Shown one piece after another: positions 48,578-62,300 of a DNA stretch of 64,000 nt. The notes under the pieces are model-generated. The model saw only the letters and a list, made by a program, of their open reading frames with translations, ran no database searches and had not been told where the DNA came from. Origin of the DNA: Azolla caroliniana (lineage: Eukaryota > Plantae > Polypodiophyta); NCBI GenBank assembly GCA_043228905.1, contig JBHGNT010000020.1:1178001-1242000 (forward strand), read 5' to 3'. The position numbers were made by a program, and so were the translations under genes. Position 1 is the first letter of the stretch, and each line of letters opens with the position of its first letter.

Positions 48578-50250
48578 TGTTAAGAATTAGGTGATTAAGT
48601 ATGGGTTAACTAGTACCTAATTATGTGACTAAGATAAGCGGAGGATTATGTCATATGTGTGTGAGAGGAAGAGAGACAGGAATAATTGTTACAAGATGGG
48701 CGATGATTAACTCTATACTAAATTAACATCATCAAGTTACAAAATACCCACAATGATGTATATATAGATCTCAAGTGGTGTGAGGAGAGTATAGGTACAA
48801 TGGTGTAAGTCCTATATTAAATATACTTGGAAGTGGAGAATCTAGAATATCCCACTTAAGTAGAAGGTCCTATTTAAGGCGTTATAGTCAATACTTCTAA
48901 CTAGATTCTTTCTAAGTAACTACGAAGTTACGTGGTTGACTAACTAACTAACTCTAGTTGAGCTTGATCTCACAACACGCCCCCTCAAGCTCAAGTGTGA
49001 GGTGTCTGACATCCAGTTTAGCTTTCGGTGTTGCCCGGCTTTCGATGTCGGCTTCTGTGTGATTTTCATTGTCGGCTTCTGCGTCGTGGTAGTTTCGGTT
49101 CTTTTGGTTCCTAACCCTCAAGCCTGTGACGAAGGCTTGGGTTGACTACTTCCACCCATCATGGGTCACGAGCCACTTTTGTAGAGCTCTCGGGCTCTTG
49201 TTCGACTGCTACCTTCATCGCGAAGGCATAATTATGCTCCATGTGCTCGTTGTAGCCAACCCGAGTGACGAGATTCTTATCTCTCGAAGAGCGTCGAAGT
49301 TTTTGGCTTGCCAATGTCTGCGCCTTCTGTACTCCGGGTATCCTCATGATGGGTACACCAAACTCACTGTCTACTGAGCAAGCTGACACATCCGAGTCAC
49401 TGGTGTCGGGATGGTCAACTTCGTATTCGGGCATCTTACCTTTGCCATTGTCCAAGGTCGTACTTGGTCATGACGTGGTTGGATTGCTTGAAGGCTCGGG
49501 TAGGCTTGGATTGTCCTTTGGTAGAGTACTTGTCCGAATATAGTCCTCTGAGTTGACGTTCAACTCTTCCTCGGTCGAGTAGGGTGGAGCTGAATCGGGC
49601 TTATACCAGGATGTCGATTCATCAAAGACTACATCCCGACTTATCCGAATTGCTCGGGTCGAGGGGTTGAAGCACTCCTATGCCTTCTTCTCAGATGAGT
49701 ATCCTACGAGGATACAATTCTCCGACTTCACTTTGGGCTTATGTCATTGTTCATTCGCGATGCATACATTCGCAATGCTTTCGAATACCTTGAGGTGCTA
49801 AAGGATTAGCTTCCTTCTGACAAGGAGCTCGTATGCAATTAGCCCATGCACTCCATTGGTGGTGCATCGATTCATGAGGTCGACGATCGTGGATGCCACT
49901 TCGGCCCAATAGAAGTTTGGCATGTGCTTCTCATGCATCATGGCGCATGCTACCTCAATTATGTTCCGATTCTTCCTTTCGGCGACTCCATTTTGTTGGG
50001 GTGTGTGTCAACATGAGAATTCTCTCCGGATGCCTTCACTTTGGAGGCAGGAGGTGAATTCGTCAGAGAAGTGTAACTCCTTTCCTCCATCTGATCGTAA
50101 GCATCGAATGTGCCGACCGGTTTCTTTTCCCACTTGGCCCTTGATCTTTTGGAAATGGGAGAGCACTTCACTCTTCTTCTTCATCTGAAAGATCCACGTG
50201 TAACAGGAATAGTTGTCAATGAAGATGACATAGTATCGGCATCCGCCGAT
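48578..50250 (-). mobile_element. Copia remnant (IN, RT/RH deleted, 3' LTR 48578-48977)
   Basis: PPT GAGGGGGCG next to the LTR; integrase motifs FIDNYS, TPQQNGVAERKNR. LTR homologous to the solo LTRs at 15497 and 17291. Confidence 0.85.
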
Positions 50251-50787
50251 CGTAAACTAGTAAAATATATCATGACCAATATTGATATCTTTTATGACCA
50301 CTCCAAGTTGCGTTTGAACCACCAAGCTTATGGTTAACAACAATACACTCTAACCAACTTAGCTACTAAATAAGGTGACAATCTAACTAATGTGATTGAT
50401 ATTGGTAACCAATTGAACCATTGACCTTGTGCTAAACAGCCATATGATCAAATCAATTGAACTATTCAAGAAAGGAAACACTACTTCTATTTGTTAAACC
50501 TTGAACTTCGATGACATCATTAGTTTATAACAGCCTAAACAATATGATCGTCTTCACAAAAGTGGGACTGAGCTTCTGAACCAATGTAATACTTTATTTA
50601 TAGTAGTAACCACCTTAGACCGGAGACCTTATGGTTTAGGGCTATACGCTCTAACCAATCACGGACCTTATGTTTAAGGTCCATATGCTCTAACCAATTG
50701 AGCTATTGAAGGAATGTAACGATAGTTTACTTGATTGATACTTGTAACCACCTTCGACCATTGACCTTATGGTTAACAACTAATGAC

Positions 50788-50861
50788 TGCGCCAAGGTGG
50801 ACTTGAAACACTGACCTTATGGTTAAGGGCCATACGCTCTAACCAACTAAGCTATTGAATC
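50788..50861 (-). pseudogene. tRNA-Asn-derived pseudogene with anticodon loop CCCTTAA
   Basis: Full-length homolog. Loop changed from CTGTTAA to CCCTTAA; T-arm and acceptor mismatches. Confidence 0.75.
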
Positions 50862-51605
50862 AGCATAATATAACTTGCACCAAACGAAACACACATTATT
50901 GATAATGATAAGCATCTTGCACCATTCAACTTATGGTTAACGACTGTTTGGTCAAACCAATTTAACTATTCAAGAAGTGGATGCGTAATTATGATTGGTA
51001 ATCCTTGAACTTAGATGACATCAACATTTTATTGGATTCTGAACAAGATGATCATCTTCACAATAGTGCGCTTGAACCTCAACTATATATTCTCATTTAC
51101 AATCTATAGATGTATTCAACCTAATAAAATATATCATGACCAATATTGGTGATTTTTATGACCACTTCAAGTTGCGCTTGAACCACCACGCTTATGGTTA
51201 ACAATGATACACCCTAACCAACACCTAAACAATATGATCATCTTCACAAAAGTGGGCTTGAACCTCAACTGAGCCATATGCTCTAACCCATTTAGCTACT
51301 GAAGAAATGTAATGTAATTTACTTGATTGATACTTGTAACCACCTTGGACCAATAACCTTATGGTTAAGGGCAATACGCCCTAACCAACTGAGCTACTGA
51401 ACCAATGTAACACTTGATTGATCGTAGTAACCACCTTAGACTAGAGGTAAGACCTTATGGTTAAGGGCTATATGCCACGGACCTTATGTTTAATATCCAT
51501 ATGCTCTAACCAATTGAGGTATTGAAGGAATGTAACGGTAGTTTACTTCACTAATACTTGTAACCACCGTTAACAATTGCGTTATGGTTAACAACTAATA
51601 AGTAC

Positions 51606-51679
51606 CGCTCCAAGTTGGGCTTGAACCACCAACCTTATGGTTAACAACCATACACTCTAACCAATTGATCTATTGAAGT
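51606..51679 (-). pseudogene. tRNA-Asn pseudogene
   Basis: Full-length homolog with mismatches in the acceptor, D and T stems. Confidence 0.8.
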
Positions 51680-51852
51680 TACATAACATAAATTGAATCA
51701 AACATAAACACACATTATTGATACTGATAAGCATCTTGCACCATTTACCTTATGGTTAACGGTTATTCGGTCAAACCCATTTAACTATTCAAGAAGGGGA
51801 TACGTAATTCTAATACGTAATCCTTGAATTTAGATGACATAAAAAATTAGAC

Positions 51853-53316
51853 TCAAGATCCGAGTGCTGAAAAAGGCTTTGAGCAAATAGTTCTCAATGA
51901 ATGATATGGATCCGGCAAAGCAAATCCTGGGGATGCACAATTTTCGGGATGCACACTGTTGTGTCTGTCACAAGAAAAATACGTGACAAAGGTGCTCCAA
52001 AGATTTGGCATGGAAGGTGCGAAATCGGTCGGCTTGACACTGTCGATGAATTGCAAGCTAAGCAAAGAAAAATGTCCGAAATCGAAAACCAAGAAGGCCG
52101 AGATGTCAAAGGTTCCTTATGCCTCAGCAGTCGGAAGCTTGATGTACACGATGGTATGTACCAGGCCAAACATAGGATATGCAGTCGGTGTGGTTAGCCG
52201 ATACATGAGCAAACCTGGAAGAGAGCATTGGGTTGCCATCAAGTGGATATTGTGGTACCTAAAAGGGACCTCAAACATATGTCTTCGTTTCGGTTCAGGT
52301 AACCCCACACTGGAAGGTTATACTGACTCGGACATGTCGGGTGATGTGGATACCAGCCAATCCACGTCCGAGTACGTAATGACTTATGCAGGGGGAGCCG
52401 TTTCGTGGCAATCGAGGTTGTAGTAGGTCGTGTTGCTGTCAACCACGGAAGCCGAATATATGGCCACAGCGGAAGTCGGCAAGGAGATCATATGGATGAA
52501 GGAGTTTATCGGTGAGCTAGGAATGCGGCAAGAGGAATTTGAACTACATTGCGATAACCAGAGTGCCATCCACCTTACGAAAAATGCCGCCTACCACTCG
52601 AAGACCAAACACATCCACACTACATATCATTGGCTCCGAGAGTGAGTAGAAGAAAAGCAGTTTGCTCTAGTGAATATCCACACGGCCGAAAATGGATCGG
52701 ATATGCTGACAAAGGTGTTGTCAGCCAAAAAGCTAAACGTGTGCCGACAGAGAGTCAGTTTGATGAAGTACCCCATGCCGGAGTGAAGGGGGAGTTTGTT
52801 GGGAAACATGTCCCTCTGAATGGGAAGAGAAGGAGCGTGTTGGTGACTACCTCGGTTGAGGCCAAAACCAAAACCAAAACAGAAATCGTAATCCGAAACC
52901 GTAATCGAAAACCGAAATCGTTTCGGAAGACTATAATTGTAAAATGTCTAAAATGCCCTTGTGGGTTATACTTGTAAACAACTAGAAAGTTGCTTTTGTT
53001 TATAAGCAACTAGGGAAAATTTTACTATGAAGGTAGTTGATAATTATTGAAAAGTTAGAACGATGTAGTTCCCGCTATAACAATGACCGTGAGAGAGTGA
53101 AAGTGTTACTCTGTAGCCGTCTGTCACACAAAGGAGAACTCGAGGTTGTTGCCTCAGAGTTCCATATATGTACTTCCTCTCTACTACATTGAGTTGTTTT
53201 CTTGGGGTTTGTGGACCCCCGTGGTTTTTCCCATTTCGGGTTTTCCACGTAACATATCGATGGCTCTGTGTTTGCACATTTTTCTGAAACTGGTTGTGGT
53301 CGGTTGATTTCTAACA
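51853..53316 (+). mobile_element. 3' half of a Tnt1/Tork-like copia (RT end, RH, PPT, LTR 52797-53316)
   Basis: VPYASAVGSLMY, GYTDSD, LSTTEAEY; GAAGGGGGAG then TGTTGGG..CTAACA. Confidence 0.9.
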
Positions 53317-54093
53317 ATTGGTAATCCTTGAACATAGATGACATCAAAAATTTTATCGGATCCTAAACAAGATTATCATCTACATAGTAGTGTGCTTGAA
53401 CCTCAACTATATATACTCATTTTCAATATATAGATGTAATCAAACTAATAACATATATCATGACCAATATTGGTGATTTTTATCACCACTCCAAGCTGCG
53501 CTTGAACCACCAAGCTTGTGGTTAACAACCATACACACTAACCAAGTGAGCTAGTAAAGAAATGTGACACTAAAAAATAACATGATTAATATTGGTAAAC
53601 AATTGAACCATTGACCTTCTGCTAAACAACCATATGATCAAACCAATTCAATTATTCAAGAATAGGAACCCAACTTCTAGTTGTTAAACCTTGAGTTTCG
53701 ATGACATCATTAGTTTATACGATCCTAAACAATATGATCATCTTCACAAAAGTGGGCTTGAACCTCAACTGAGCCATACGCTCTAACCCATTGACCTACT
53801 GAAGCAATGTAATGTAATTTACTTGATTGATACTTGTAACCACCTTGGACCAATAACCTTATGGTTAAGGGCCATGCTATTGAACCAAAGTGTTAACACT
53901 TGATTGATAGTAGTAACCACCTTAGACCAGATACCTTATGGTTAAGGGCTATACCCTCTAACCAACCACGAACCTTATATTTAAGGTCAATATGCTCTAA
54001 CCAAATGAGCTATTGATGGAATGTAGCAGTAGTTTACTTGATTGATACTTGTAACCACCTTCGACCATCGCCTTATGGTTAACAACTAATGAC

Positions 54094-54167
54094 CGCTCCA
54101 AGGTGGGTTTGAACCACCGACCTTATGGTTAACAGCCATACGCTCTAACCAACTGAGCTATTGAAGC
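54094..54167 (-). tRNA. trnN-GTT: tRNA-Asn(GTT), intact cloverleaf
   Basis: GCTTCAA/TTGGAGC acceptor, GCTC/GAGC D-stem, TATGG-CTGTTAA-CCATA, AGGTC variable loop, GGTGG-TTCAAAC-CCACC, G73; 74 nt. Confidence 0.9.
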
Positions 54168-54534
54168 AACATATTGTAATTGGACCAAACGTAAACACAC
54201 ATTATTAATTTTGATAAGGATGTTGTACAATTCACCTTATGGTTAACAATTATTCGGTCAAACTAATTTAGCTATTCAAAAAGGGGATATGTAATTGTAA
54301 TTGGTAATCCGTGAACTTAGATGACATCAAAAGTAGTGCGCTTGAACCCCAACTATATATTCTCAATTTCAATCTATAGATGTAATCAAACTGATAAAAT
54401 ATATCATGACCAATCTTGGTGATTTTTATCACCACTCCAAGTTGCGCTTGAACCACCAAGCTTATGGTTAACAACCTTATGCTCTAACAAACTCTAACAA
54501 ACTAAGATACTAAAGAAATGTGACACTCTAACTA

Positions 54535-54750
<216 letters not shown>

Positions 54751-54849
54751 TTATGTGAAACATCATCAAACCCTAGCTTTAGTGACAAAAACAAGCATCA
54801 TGATCAAACCATAGCTTTAACTTTCTAATCGGGCTCAAAGCTTTGGTAG

Positions 54850-55310
54850 TTTGTATCCTGCTCGAAAATTCGTCACCACTTGGTACATACAACAATCAAG
54901 CGAAATGACAGAGCATTAGGTCATCCTCTGAGATCTCCTCATGCAAAACTTTGCCCATCAAAATTCAGCCCAAACGGCGTTGCAACAACTCGAAACGTTG
55001 CAGCAGCAATCACATGAACCCGTGGGCCAATTTGGTGTTCGCCTCAATCAACTCCTCGTTCACGTTGACCCTACCATGCCCGAGCATGTGAAACTTTTCT
55101 TCTTATGGCCCCATTTGCGCCATGACATCACTCATCGCGCTCGGGACCAAGGTGCCATTCAACGACGCCATCCTCATTGCCCAATGCATCGAAGTTTGAA
55201 CGTTATCCGACTCCCAAACACGTTGGCCCCATTATGTGGCGACGTAACAACCAAACCATGTCCCTGACTGCAAATGTCGGTGCAACCAAGCGATGTCAGT
55301 CCGCCTGATC
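54850..55310 (+). mobile_element. Gypsy gag fragment
   Basis: LETLQQQSHEPVGQFGVRLNQLL..KLFFLWPHLRHDI is capsid-like. Limits approximate. Confidence 0.6.
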
Positions 55311-55325
55311 TTTTTATTGGTCTCT

Positions 55326-56875
55326 AGAACGACATAGTTCCCGCTCTAACAATGAGCGTGAGAGAGTGGAAGTGTAACTCTGTAGCCGTCTGTCACACAA
55401 ACGAGAACTCGAGATTGTTGCCTCAGAGTTCCGTATTTGTACTTCCTCTCTACTACATGAGCTGTTTTCTTGGGGTTTGTGAACCCCCGTGGTTTTTCCC
55501 ATTTCGAGTTTTTCACGTAAAATATCGGTGGCTTTGTGTTTGTACGTTTTTCTGAAACCGGTTGTGGTCGGTTGATTTCTAACAATCGGTAATCCTTGAA
55601 CATAGATGACATCAAAAATTGTATCGGATCCTAAACAAGATTATCATCTACATAATAGTGCGCTTGAACCTCAACTATATATACTCATTTTCAATATATA
55701 GATGTAATCAAACTAATAACATATATCATGTCCAAAATTGGTGATTTTTATCACCACTCCAAGTTGTGCTTGAACCACCAATCTTATGGTTAACAACCAT
55801 ACACACTAACCAAGTGAGCTAGTAAAGAAATGTGACACTCAAAACTAACATGATTAATATTGGTAAACAATTGAACCATTGACCTTCTGCTAAACAACCA
55901 TATGATCAAACCAATTCAATTATTCAAGAATAGGAACCCTACTTCTAATTGTTAAACCTTGAGTTTCTATGACATCATTAGTTTATACGATCCTAAACAA
56001 TATGATCATCTTCACAAAAGTGGGCTTGAACCTCAACTGAGCCATACGCTCTAACCCACTGACCTACTGAAGCAATGTAACGTAATTTACTTGATTGATA
56101 CTTGTAACCACCTTGGACCAATAACCTTATGGTTAAGGGCCATGCTATTGAACCAAAGTGTTAACACTTGATTGATAGTAGTAACCACCTTAGACCAGAG
56201 ACCTTATGGTTACGGGATATACCCTCGAACCAACCACGGACCTTATATTTAAGGTCAATATGCTCTAACCAAATGAGTTATTGATGGAATGTAACGGTAG
56301 TTTACTTGATTGGTACTTGTAACCACCTTCGACCATCGCCTTATGGTTAACAACTAATGACCGCTCCAAGGTGGGCTTGAACCACCGACCTTATGGTTAA
56401 CAGCCATACGCTCTAACCAACTGAGCTATTGAAGCAACATACCACAATTGGACCAAACGTAAACACACATTATTAATTTCGATAAGGATGTTGTACAATT
56501 CACCTTATGGTTAACGATTATTCGGTCAAACTAATTTAGCTATTCAAAAAGGGGATATGTAATTGTAATTGGTAATCCGTGAACTTAGACGACATCAAAA
56601 GTAGTGCGCTTGAACCCCAACTATATATTCTCAATTTCAATCTATAGATGTAATCAAACTGATAAAATATATCATGACCAATCTTGGTGATTTTTATCAC
56701 CACTCCAAGTTGCGCTTGAACCACCAAGCTGATGGTTAACAACCTTATGCTCTAACCAAACTCTAACAAACTAAGATACTAAAGAAATGTGACACTCTAA
56801 CTAACATGATTGATATTGGTAACCAAGTGAGCCATTGACTTTGTGCTTAACAACCATATGATCAAACCAATTGAA
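55326..56875. repeat. Duplicate of ~53058-54606 (offset 2268 bp), including the LTR 3' part and a tRNA-Asn
   Basis: LTR ends 53316 and 55584, and tRNAs 54094 and 56362, are both offset by 2268. The LTR/array junction is shared. Confidence 0.88.
56362..56435 (-). tRNA. trnN-GTT: tRNA-Asn(GTT), intact cloverleaf
   Basis: Same as the 54094 copy except T-loop TTCAAGC. Confidence 0.9.
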
Positions 56876-56999
56876 CTATTCAAGAATGGGAACCCTACTT
56901 CTAATTACTAAACCTTGAGTTTTGATGACATCATTATTGTATAGGATCCTAAACAATATGATCGTCTTCACAAAAGTGGGCTTGAACATCAAGTGTTCA

Positions 57000-59342
57000 A
57001 GCTACTGTGGACAACATTTTTAACAAAAAAGTCTGTTGTCTCTTCTCTGGAAATGGTTTTGGAACATGGGACAAAGTGAGCCATTTTCGAAAATTATGAG
57101 CACCATGTCATGGCCACCGACCAGAGGGAGTTCAGTTATAAAGTTCATGGATAGAGAGGCCTATGGTCGACTCGGAATTGGGAGGAGGTGGAGAAGATCG
57201 TATGGCCGATGGTGAGCCGTTTTGGACCGAGCACATACATCACATGTCTTCATAAATTCCTTGACAAATTTCCAAGTTTGGGGCCACCAAAACCCCCAAG
57301 ATAGTAACTCCAGGGTTTTCGTGTCCCCAAAGTGTCTGGCAAGAGGATCAGCATGACATTGTTGTAGTATCCGTGTACGACACGATCCTTCGGAAACGTG
57401 CAGGAGATGATAACGATATAGTAACCCATCCCGAGTTGTAAATTGGTTGAGATATGAGCTTTTCATGTCCGTGGATGGGTCATTGATGCAGGCCATGATG
57501 TCTTTGGCGAATGGGTCTGACATGGTTGTCGTGGCGATCTCATTGAGCAAAGAATCATCATGCAACATGCAGGTGGCGAACATTTGAAGTTGATCGGGCC
57601 TCAACATACAATGGGATTGTTGCGAATATGCGTCATCTCCTGGGCGCAATGCAAAATCATGTCGCCGAGAAAGGGCATCAGCTCTCCCATGTTGAACTCC
57701 GGGTCGAAACAAGATCTCAAAGTCGTAGTCGGTAAGAAAAGATGACCATAGGGCTTGACTCTAATTCAATGTACGACTGGTGGTGAAGTAAATTAGATTT
57801 TTGTGGTCGGTCAACACCTGGATACGAGCTCCAATGGCAAAGGTTGAGGCGTCGGTTTGAACTTGGAAGGGCCTTGTGGGGTCGGGGTGAACCAACACTG
57901 GGGTTGTGAGAAAAGCTGCCTTGAGGGCATCAAAAGCTCTTTGCGTCGTTGAGGTCCAAAGAAATGGAGTATCTTTTCTAGTAAAGATGATTCGAGGTGG
58001 CACTAAAGAGGAAAAACCATTGATAAATCGTTGATAGAAATTTGCAAAACCAAGAAATGATTGTACCTCTTTCAACCGAGTAGGGACAAGCCAAACGGTG
58101 ATTGCCGCTACCTTGCATGGCATCCATTGTGATCCCAGAGGGTGAAATCACATAGCCTAGGAATTCGATAGAGGTCTAATCGAATTCACATTTCTCACTT
58201 TTGGCATAAAGCCCATGTTCCCAAAGTTTGGATAGAACCAGGCAGACGTGTTGTGTGTGCTCCTCTATGTTGGAAGAAAAAACTAGAATGTCATCAAGTT
58301 AGATCACCACGAAGTGATTGAGATACTCACGAAATATATTGTTCATCATATGTTGGAAGACTGTGGGGGGGGGGGGGGGTGGTTGGTGAGACCGAAAGGC
58401 ATCACCTTGTACTCGAAATGTCCATAGCGTGTTTGGAAGGCCGATTTCCACTCCTCTCCGGGCTTGATACGCACTAGATTATAGGCTCCCCGAAGGTCGA
58501 TTTTGGAGAAGATATGCCCGGTTCGAAGTCAGTCGAGGAGTGTTGGAATTAAAGGCAAGGGATAATGATTACGTACCGTAAGTTTGTTGAGACCCCAGTA
58601 ATCCACTCATAGTCGTAATGAGTTGTCCTTCTTCTTGACAAATAAGATTGGGGCCCCAATCGGTGATTTGGAGGGTTGAATGAAGCCCTTGGCAAGCTTT
58701 TCATCCAGATATGTGCGAAGAAACTCAAGTTCAGGTTCGGATAGCCCATAGATGGGCCCAAATGGTGGATGTGCGCTGAGACCGAAAGGCATCACCTTGT
58801 ACTCGAAATGTCCATAGCGTGTTTGGAAGGCCGATTTCCACTCCTCTCCGGGCTTCATACGCACTAGATTATAGGCTCCCCGAAGGTCGATTTTGGAGAA
58901 GATATGCCCGGTTCGAAGTCAGTCGAGGAGTGTTGGAATTAAAGGCAAGGGATAATGATTACGTACCGTAATTTTGTTGAGACCCCAGTAATCCACTCAT
59001 AGTCGTAATGAGTTGTCCTTCTTCTTGACAAATAAGATTGGGGCCCCAACCGGTGATTTGGAGGTTTGAATGAAGCCCTTGGCAAGCTTTTCATCCAGAT
59101 ATGTGCGAAGAAACTCAAGTTCAGGTTCGGATAGCCCATAGATGGGCCCAAATGGTGGATGTGCGCCATCTTGGAGTTTGATTGGGCAATCATAGGGGCA
59201 ATGTGTCGGTACCGGTCTGCATTTCGCTTTTTGTACACATCCAAAAAGTTGTTATATCTTGCGGGCAAATTGGTGACACGAACAGAGACGTCCTGTGACA
59301 CAACGGCCACAAACACGACCAAGCTAGAATAGGACATAACGG
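57000..59342 (-). mobile_element. Degenerate Tcn1-like pol fragment (RT-RH-IN)
   Basis: [52 protein letters not shown]. Confidence 0.88.
58387..59166. repeat. 390-bp tandem duplication inside the RT
   Basis: 58387-58776 is nearly identical to 58777-59166; adjacent to a G-run at 58365-58379. Confidence 0.9.
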
Positions 59343-62300
59343 TGTCGCGTTGCTACGCGCGTGCGTGGAGAAGGGCGGGACCACGGGGGTCTTGGACTAA
59401 GGAGTAGAGGAGAAGGAATCGGACATGGAATGGAAGCTTTTCTCAAGAAGAAGGAGAATGAACAAGAGATTAGATCGAACAAGAGGAAGATGGAGACAAG
59501 ATGATCAACAAGATATATTAAAATGAAATGAACGATTACAAAATGGTGGCCGCATAGGCCGCACCAAACGACTACTCGAAACCCTAACCGACGAAGATGA
59601 AGATAAAGATAAAGAAACCCTAACCCTAACCCTAACGCTCGACCTATGTGGTATACCTCGCACACTCAAAATAGGCAACCCCCACAATGGTGCCTTCCCT
59701 CTCCTTTTATAGCACAAGGAGGGAAGACCGTTTACAAAGTGAGACTAAAACATCCCCTTTCACTCAAAGGGGATATTTGCCTTGATTTGGGGAGGGTCAG
59801 ATTGATGGCCCCTTAACTCCCACCTCCACACAAACAACTAGGTACCTATGTACCGCATAGTACCTCTCTCTCTCGCGCGCGTGGATGTGCGCACAAGACC
59901 ACATCACCTTTATACCTTAGGGATCCTATGGGGCATTTCTAGCACCATACACTTTACCCTTATTACTATTACAAATACATTATGTACGTGTACAACGTTG
60001 CACATCGCTCTTTGGCTCTCGCTGCTCGGGTTTCCGCTTGTGGACGAAAATCTTCACGACATCCGTCCCCACCTAACCGCACATCCACCGGTATGTGCCA
60101 AACATAGGGGAGAGAACACGAGATTTTCGGCCACGACGACCGACCGAGTCCTTAGCGTACTCGTGGGCCCGCCCGGTTTTGTCTTCCACTTTGAGCAAGA
60201 CCACCCCGTCCACACGAACCACCGCCGCCTTCCGGTCCACCACCCTCACCAAATGGTCTCGAACCGTCGGCGCCATCCGATCCGCCACACTCGACGATGT
60301 TCGCCGAGTCATTGCCTCCACCCGATCCGCCACGTCCACCGTGGGTCCTTGAACCACCGACTACATCCGACCCGCCGTATCCGATGCCCGTGCTTTCCTC
60401 CCCGTTCGGTCCTCCCGAACGCCGTCGCCGACCCGGTTGCTCTTCCTTTGTCCGCCTCGTATATCCTCTGGATGCGCTCCCGGTCGCATGCCGGATTCCG
60501 CCCTTTGCGTGCTGCGCACCTCGGTGTGCCGACTCTCTCCGCTCCACGCTTGCCTTCCGTAGGCTCTCCCCGTATGTCGATGCTCTCCTCCGAACGCGTG
60601 CTCGTGCTTCGGTCCTTCGATGAACCCATCACACGTTTTTCGCTTTCCCCTTGTTCGCCATGCTTTCTCGCGGTAGAGGGTGCCATCACCCCGTCCTTCT
60701 TCGTGGCTCTCGTTACCGCTTCGCCTCGACCCGCGCCCTCTTGGCCCGATTGGCCTCGCATGTCCTTCGGGACACCGCGTTTTCTCTTCCCGGTGCGTAG
60801 CCCTCCGTTCTCCACGCACCTCCTCCGTTTTCCTAGACACGACTCTCCGCTCATGCTAATCGCGCTCGGCCCATGTGGTCGATCTTGGTGTTTCGCCGCG
60901 CCGTCCTTCGTCCCGCGCTTGCCTCTCGAAGGCCTGACCCGACCGTCATCGTCGGTCAATCGTTGTCGCCCATCCGCCGTATGCATGCTTGTGTCTTGGC
61001 CCTCCACCAGCCGTATTGCATGCGTCTCATGTCGCGCTTCCGCTGTAGACCCGACCTCCGCGACCGCCGTAGACCCGACCTCCTCGCCGCCACCCACCGT
61101 TTCTTCGTTCTCCTTTCGATTCACGACCGCCGATGCCTCACGGGTAGGTGTGGAGGGTTCCTCCCACTCTCGGTCCACCACCGAGTCCTCGCCTCTCAAA
61201 GGCTCAATCGGTCCACCGTTTCCGGTCACTCGTTGACGCTCCCCCGAGTGCATGCTTTTTCCTTGACCCTCCGCCGGCCGTAGTGCATGTTTCACTTCAC
61301 GCTCATCCGCCGTAGACCCGACCTCCGCGTTGGTCTCTATGTCCTTCCCACACCGGGCATCCGCTCCGGTACCCGATTCCGCATTGTCTTCCAACTCCTC
61401 GCTGCCACCCGCCATCTCTTCGGTCTTCCGTTGATCCGCAACCGCCGAAGTCCCAAGCATAGGTGTGGAGGGCTCCTCTTGCTCTCGGCCTCTCACCGAC
61501 CCGTACTCGTCGTGCCCGGCTACGAATCGATCAAGCAATCCCGTTCTTGCTGGCTTCCTTCAGTTCGGGCCCGGTTGACCGGCCCCCGCTTCACTCTTCT
61601 TCCGCTCCGCCTCCCGGTCGGGTCGGATTACCGACCGGCTCGTCTTTCGGTCGGGTCGGCTCCCGACTCGCTCCTCGATGCCGCTTTGGACCTCTCCTTC
61701 GGTCTTTTCGTACGTGCCCACTCCGAGCCTCTCATCCTCACGGCCACCGCCCATCTCTCCGGTCTTATGTCCGCGCTCGGGCGCAACCGCCGAAGTCTCC
61801 GGCCCCAGTGTCGAGGGATCTCGCCTCCGTCCGCTACAAACCTCCTCTTCATCATTTCGGTTGCCCGCCTTGCCTCCGCCACCGTCCATCTCCCTAGGTC
61901 TCACACCGGCTCTCGGGCCGGTTGCCGGAGTCTCTAGGACCGGTGTGTGGAAGGTTGCGGCACCGCCGCTCGTCTCCTCTTCTTCTTCGATTTCGCAAGC
62001 CTCGAGTATGCTCGCGAAATCCTCGTAGAACGTTTCGGACAACCATGTCCCGAAACTTTCGCCCACTCTCGATGTGGTGTCCATTGCTCCGTAGATATCG
62101 GCCACATCCATGGCCGTCCTCTTTCCACAAGTCGAGAGGGTCGCTAGCTCCGCACCCTCTCCCACATCGTCACTGTGGTGGCCCGCCTTGCCGCCGCCAC
62201 CATTCGTTACCCTAGGTCTCACGCGGGCACTCGGGCCGGCCGCCGGGGTCTCTTGAACCGGTGCGTGTAAGGTAGCAACGCCGCCGCTCGCCGATGCTAT

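Noticed and set aside
59848-61236. 462-aa + strand ORF as a real gene
   Set aside because: It starts inside the LTR, is antisense to a GC-rich frame and has no recognisable domain; probably a shadow ORF.
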